Source of the DNA: Dudresnaya verticillata
Lineage: Eukaryota
Reading direction: 5' to 3'
NCBI GenBank assembly: GCA_977862235.1
Contig: OZ374557.1
Coordinates: forward strand, 4,030,001-4,094,000
DNA: 64,000 bases
Positions within the stretch are counted from its first letter, which is position 1; each line of letters begins with the position of its first letter. The notes beneath the pieces were generated by a model. The model searched no databases. It was given only the letters and a program-made list of their open reading frames with translations, and was not told where the DNA came from. The position numbers were made by a program, and so were the translations under genes. This document shows positions 58,687-64,000 of this stretch, piece after piece.

Positions 58687-61600
58687 GCCGGGTTCCGCCT
58701 TTCCAGGCAAGGGAGTCACTTCCCCATGTTCCAACAGGGGAGGCAACTGGGACCGCCGAGCCAACAAAGGATTCATCTCCATCAACAGGGGTTAACCCCA
58801 ACAAAGGTGTTAACACCAAAGCTCAGACGCTCTACTGGCCCCCACACTGGAGGGAGCGGGTCTTCTTCATGGCCAAGCGTAACTATAAGGTGTATGCCGA
58901 CATTGGCGTCACCACCGCGGCCACGACGACGACATTGAGTGTTCTCGGTACAGGGGCAGGCCCCAACTTCATTCGGAAAACCGAAGTGGCGCCCTCCGCA
59001 CTGGAGTCGCTGCGCACCGGTAACATCCCGAAGATCGCCGACGCAAACAACGCGATCAAGAACCTAGGAACCCTGAGGCTTGTGGTACGCTTGGGCCGGC
59101 GCGTTGTGAAGCTTGACTTCATCGTGTGCGACCGGCTCGCCGCACCCTTAATACGTTGGTGCGACTTTTGCGACCGGTTCGTGGAGGCGATCCACCCACG
59201 CTCAAGGGAGGTAGAGATGGACGATGGAACAGTAGTGCCCATCACTTGTCGTCCACTCCCCCACCTCCCAGCTGCACCGCTGTAACCGCAAGTGATTTCG
59301 ACCCTATCTCGATCACGGGGCGCTTTTCGCCAAAACGTCGGATCGCCGAAAAGGTAGTAATACCTGAGCGATCGCAGAAGTGGATGCGGGTCACCACTGA
59401 ACGGGCGGGTGCGATATTCATCCAGTCCTGTGCCTCCACTTACCAGCGACACGGCGCCCTCGCCACAAATGGGATTGCCCAAGTAACGCCGAACGAGCCG
59501 TTCCGCATGCTCGTCGCGAACTTCTCCGCGACGAAGCGCTTGCTCCTCAAGGGGAAAGTCGTCGCAGCCGCCCTGCTGCAACCCACTTCCGTCATCCCCA
59601 GCCACGTGCAGCTGGGGGATGTGTTGGGCACCGCGATGACGGAAGTGTACGAGTTACTTAACGTGGAAAGCACGAAACAAACGGGTCAACCCACAACGAC
59701 GCCCCCCTCACCGGGGGACGCACAGGACATAACTCCAACTGTCGACGACGTTGACCTTAGCCACTTACCCGCTGCTCATCAAGAGCGGGTAAGACGGTTA
59801 CTTCAGCGGTTCTCCGCCATGTGGGATGGTTCCCTAGGTGAAATCACCACGACAGAGCATTACATTGACCTCCTTCCCGGCGCGCGCCCGTTTTCCTCGC
59901 CGCCCTGCAGGGCGGGTCCGCGGCAGCGGCAGCTTGCACAAGAAGAGGTTGATCGCATGCTCTGTCACGGCGTCATCGAGCCCGCTCAGTCTCCTTGGGC
60001 CTCGCCAGTAGTGTTTGCACCTAAGAAAGACGGAACGCTCCGATTTTGCGTGCATTTCCGCCGCATCAACGCGATGAAAGTACGGGATACATACCCGCTC
60101 CCCCGTATCGACGAGTGCATTGACTCGTTGGGGGAGGCTAGCGTGTTCACCACGTTGGACTTCAATGTCGGGTATTGGCAAACCCATATTGCTGCGCGTG
60201 ATCGCGATAAGACGACTTTCACCTGCCACGCGGGACTCTTTCGCTTCAATCGGATGTCATTCCGGTTGACCAACGCACCGCCGACTTTCCAACGTACCCT
60301 CGACATTTTGTTGGTGGGGTACAAGTGGAAGTTGTTCTTGGTGTACCTTGATGATGTTATCATCTTTTCGAAGGACATCGAGTCCCATTACGGGCATGTG
60401 GAGGAGATCCTTAAGGCGCTTCATCGTGCTGGTGTCACGCTCAAGCTGAAGAAGTGCGATCTGTTCAAAGACATTGTCACCTACCTCGGCTGTGTTATTA
60501 AGCCGGGCAGGTTGGCGGTTGACCGGACAGTGACGGCCGCACTTCAAGAGGTGCAGAAACCGCGAACGCAGAAGGAACTTCGATCCTTCCTGGGACTTTT
60601 CAACGTCTATCGATGCTTTGTCCAGCGTTATTCGCACGTTTCTGCGCCCCTCAACCAGCTGTTGAGGAAGAAGCAATCTCTCAAACTTGAGCCGCTTACC
60701 GGCAAACAAGATGCGGATTTCTATCAACTGATCCGGCTCGTTATCGGGCAGCCAGTCCTTGCGTTACCGCAAACGGCTTTACCCTATTCGGTTGATACCG
60801 ACGCGAACGACTACCAAGTTGGGTGTGCATTGTTTCAAACAAACCCCGACGGCAGTCACAAGCCACTCGGGTTTTGGTCCCGTACGCTGAACTCAGCAGA
60901 GCGGAATTATTCCGTATCGGAGAAGGAGTGTCTGGCCGTTGTTTGGGCCGTGACCACTCTCCGCCCGTACCTCCAAATGGAGTCTTTCGTGATACACACG
61001 GATCACTCATCATTGCGCTGGTTCATGGAGATCAATGATCCATCCGGAAGCTTGATGAAGTGGCGTGTACGCCTTTCGGAGTTTGAGTTCCAGGTGGTTT
61101 ACAAGAAAGGCCACCTGAATACTCAAGCCGACGCGTTTTCGCGACTCCACACCCTAGGGGAAATCACCGTGGAGATCGACGACGACGTACCGTGTTGTCA
61201 CGCAGAAATTCGGGATACACCCGCAGAGTTCCGGCATAGCTGCACCGATGGCGATTGCGCATTTTGAGACCACGAGGACTACCTCGGCGAGGAGCATGAC
61301 GCGTTAGACCACCTCCTTTTGGCAAAGAGGCCTAATGCGTCGGACGCGCTGCTCGCTCGCATTACAACAGAGGAACTCCTCAATGCCCAATTCGGGGATG
61401 CGTTCTGCTCGCAGATCCGCTCCCGTCTTAACGGGGGGGAGGGGTTACCCTTTCGCTTCGACGAGGACGGCATTCCTGTGCGCCTCGTCGAATCGCGGAC
61501 GCAGATCGTCATCCCATACGCGATCCACGAGAGTGCTTCACTTGATTCATCACTCGAAGCTTACGGGTCATCCCAGGGGAAGGCGGTTATACCACTCCCT

Positions 61601-62600
61601 GCGTCAGCACTTCTACTGGCCATCGATGGCCGTAGATTGCTACGCGACAACGCGAAATTGCGCGACGTGCGCCCGCAACCGGGTTACGCTTAGGCGGAAC
61701 TCCACCGCAATGAGGCTTTTCCCGGCTCGGGCGCCGCTAGCGTTCGTCTTAATCGACATCCTTGGCGAGCTGATCAGGACGAAGCGGGGAAGCCGGTACC
61801 TGTTGGTGATAAAAGACCGCTTTTCCAAGCTGGTGCGGACCGTCCCGTTTCGCATGATCAGCGCCACAGATGTCGCACGGGCGTTTGTACGCCATTGGGT
61901 GTTGGTATATGATCCCCCGCGATGGATGTTGTTTGACAATGGGAAACAGTTTGTCGCCAAACTGTTCCAAGCCGTCTGCAGGGACCTGGGTGTCGAGAAC
62001 ATCTTCACGACGACCTACCACCCACAGGCCAATGGCCAGGTGGAAAGGTTCAATCGGACGATTCTCGCCGCCCTACGACACTATGTGGCTGACCACCCTC
62101 GCGATTGGGACCTCTTCTCCGACGCGCTAACGTACGCGTACAATACGCAAGCACACATGTCGACGAATATGGCCCCATTCCAACTCGTGTTATCACGTAC
62201 GCCTCAGACATTATCGTTAGTAGCTGAGCCGAAGATAGGGGGCATCCCCACGCGAGCACAGTACGCCACGAAGTGGCAGGAGTGCTTACGCGCATTAATG
62301 AGGACAACCTCGCTTGAAATGGATAAAGCCCAAGCGCGGTATAAGTGCAACTTCACCGAGCGCTTGCGAAAGTCTCACGAAGATATTGGAGTGAACTCCC
62401 AAGTATTCGTCCGAAGGGAATACTTGAAGCGGACGGACCGCAAGCACAAGCTGTCCCCTGTTGCCGACGGTCTATTCAAGGTAACCGCGGCAGACTAGAA
62501 GACCGTCACTGTCCGAATGGGTGACCAGCTTGAACGGCTCTCGCGCGACCGTGTGGTGTTAGCACCAAGTCCAAGCGGATTAACGCCAATGGTTGCCGGC
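58677..62600 (+). pseudogene. pol: pol of G (PR, dUTPase-like, RT, RH, IN), followed by a long low-complexity linker
   Basis: VLGTGAGPNFI (catalytic D changed to G), VYLDDVII, DTDANDYQVG, IDILG/FDNGKQF/ANGQVERFN. Confidence 0.93.
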
Positions 62601-64000
62601 CCGGGTATCGATAACGCCACGAGCGGTCCACAAGGGGTGAACCCCATAAGAAATAACCGCACGACCGCACCAGCGGGACAAACGGACGTCCACACACCGC
62701 GGTCGGCCGTAGAGGCACCGGGACATGGAGGCCCGACGATAGTCCAAACGGGTCTCCAGCCGCCAATCGACGGTGCTGAAATAGAACGCCAGACGTCGGC
62801 GAGTGCGCCCCCAGCAGCCTCCCATGTGGATGACCGCATCACCGAGCCAGCAGGGGAATGACAACAAAGTTTATCCCCGCGGCAAGGTGTCGATAATGGG
62901 TTAACCCAGATAGAGCGGTCGCAAGCGCTGCCCACTCGCAATACGGGGATGACCCCTGATCTCCCCAGTGGAACCAATCCGACGCCTAGAGCTGACGCCG
63001 ACGGACGGGAAGATGGGGAGCGCCCCCTCGCAGTTGGATCGCCGAGGGCGGTACCCATAGCACCAAGAGGGGTAAACCCCAAAAGCGATCGCGGAAACGT
63101 TGCCCCAGGGCGCGAGGCGCACGTCGCTGAAAGCTGTCACGGCTGACCCGGGCGACCAAGTCGAGCCCACAGTGTCGCAAGACTCAGGAACGCACATGCC
63201 GGCGCCCGAGCCAGGTGGAAATGAAGGGATAAGCCCCAGGGAACACGCGGACAATGCGGAAAGCACCTTCAGGGTCGATCGACGCAATACGGGACTGCCC
63301 ACACACACGTCGAATAGCACTCTCGGTCAAAAGGGAGCCAGCCCGAACGCCGTAGGAGCGCGCGAATCTGGAGGGAAAACCGCCGCTGCTGCCTCAGACG
63401 CCTCTCAGGGCGAGGACAGGCGTGCCCGTAAGGGCACAGAGCGCGACGTACCTCCCTCGCGTGTGGCTGTCAGCACCCCGCGTCCTGAAAATCGAACTAC
63501 TAGGACGCGGCGGGGTCATGGCAGTTTGGGAAAATCCCAAATGAATCACCGGGCTCCACCCGTACGACGAACCGAGACGGCCGCGTCTACACTCGTGTCT
63601 GCACCTGCGCCCCCGGGCATACCGAGGGGGCTGGCAGACCTACCACCGTTGAAACCCGCGCGCGACCGCCGACCGCGGCCAGGATTCATCGACCGTCAGG
63701 CCATGGCGCGGTTCACGCGCATGTACAACTCCGCGGAACAACCGCCTGCGCCAGCCCACTCGGCCGGCGCGCAAGTCGTAGGCGCCCAGCCGGACGGAAT
63801 CCTACCCGACGTGCTAGACAGGGGATCACCCCAGAAGCCCTCGAAAGAGTCGGGACGAACTCTCAAGCGCGATAGGCTCGTGGACATCGGGCCTGGAGAC
63901 AGTCCGTCGCTGTCCCCAGCCGCCCCGAACCCGCAAAGCAAGCCGCCGCAACCGAAGGGGAATGCCCCATTATCAAGCGGATTGAAGAGGACCTCCTCCG

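Larger units (their letters stand above)
54885..64000 (+). mobile_element. Element G: decayed Ty3/Gypsy retrotransposon of the A lineage (3' end beyond the window)
   Basis: LTR, PBS, gag and pol closely similar to A (FADEADTLEMNEAQAFIALPYFL; FSAMWDGSLGEITTTEHYID). Confidence 0.93.

Overview
Eukaryotic, roughly 55% GC, transposon-saturated DNA with no recognisable host gene. The Gag/Pol proteins resemble red-algal Ty3/Gypsy elements, but the host assignment is a tentative inference. The window is a nest of Ty3/Gypsy LTR retrotransposons, most carrying a chromodomain, and all those with an intact 5' end share one primer-binding site (TGGTCTCCCGACCTAGAA, probably tRNA-Tyr). Layout: A (1-8785, minus) is decayed and interrupted by a 775-bp solo LTR with a GCTTT target-site duplication (TSD). 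B/C (8810-22101) is a tandem of non-autonomous, RT/RH/IN-less elements that sits head-to-head with A and shares a middle LTR. D (22102-31961) is full length with a long antisense ORF but no TSD. E (32322-38055) is a deletion derivative with a CTAGC TSD and a chimeric 3' LTR. F (38227-~46640, minus) is 5'-truncated. A degraded DDD (Sola/DUF7869-like) transposase region occupies ~46.6-54.9 kb. G runs from 54885 to the window end. Most unusual observations: (i) B/C keep an 818-codon ORF fusing the Gag N-terminus to a DTC pseudo-protease and a dUTPase-like fold, plus a separate chromodomain; (ii) B/C carry six copies of a ~160-bp module with fixed spacing (inverted CCAAT pair, then a 12-bp palindrome 115-117 nt later); (iii) GGGG-N4-CCCC palindromes are strongly enriched; (iv) a GGAAAAC -1 frameshift site is conserved at the gag/pol junctions; (v) extra ORFs of unknown function lie between integrase and the 3' LTR.
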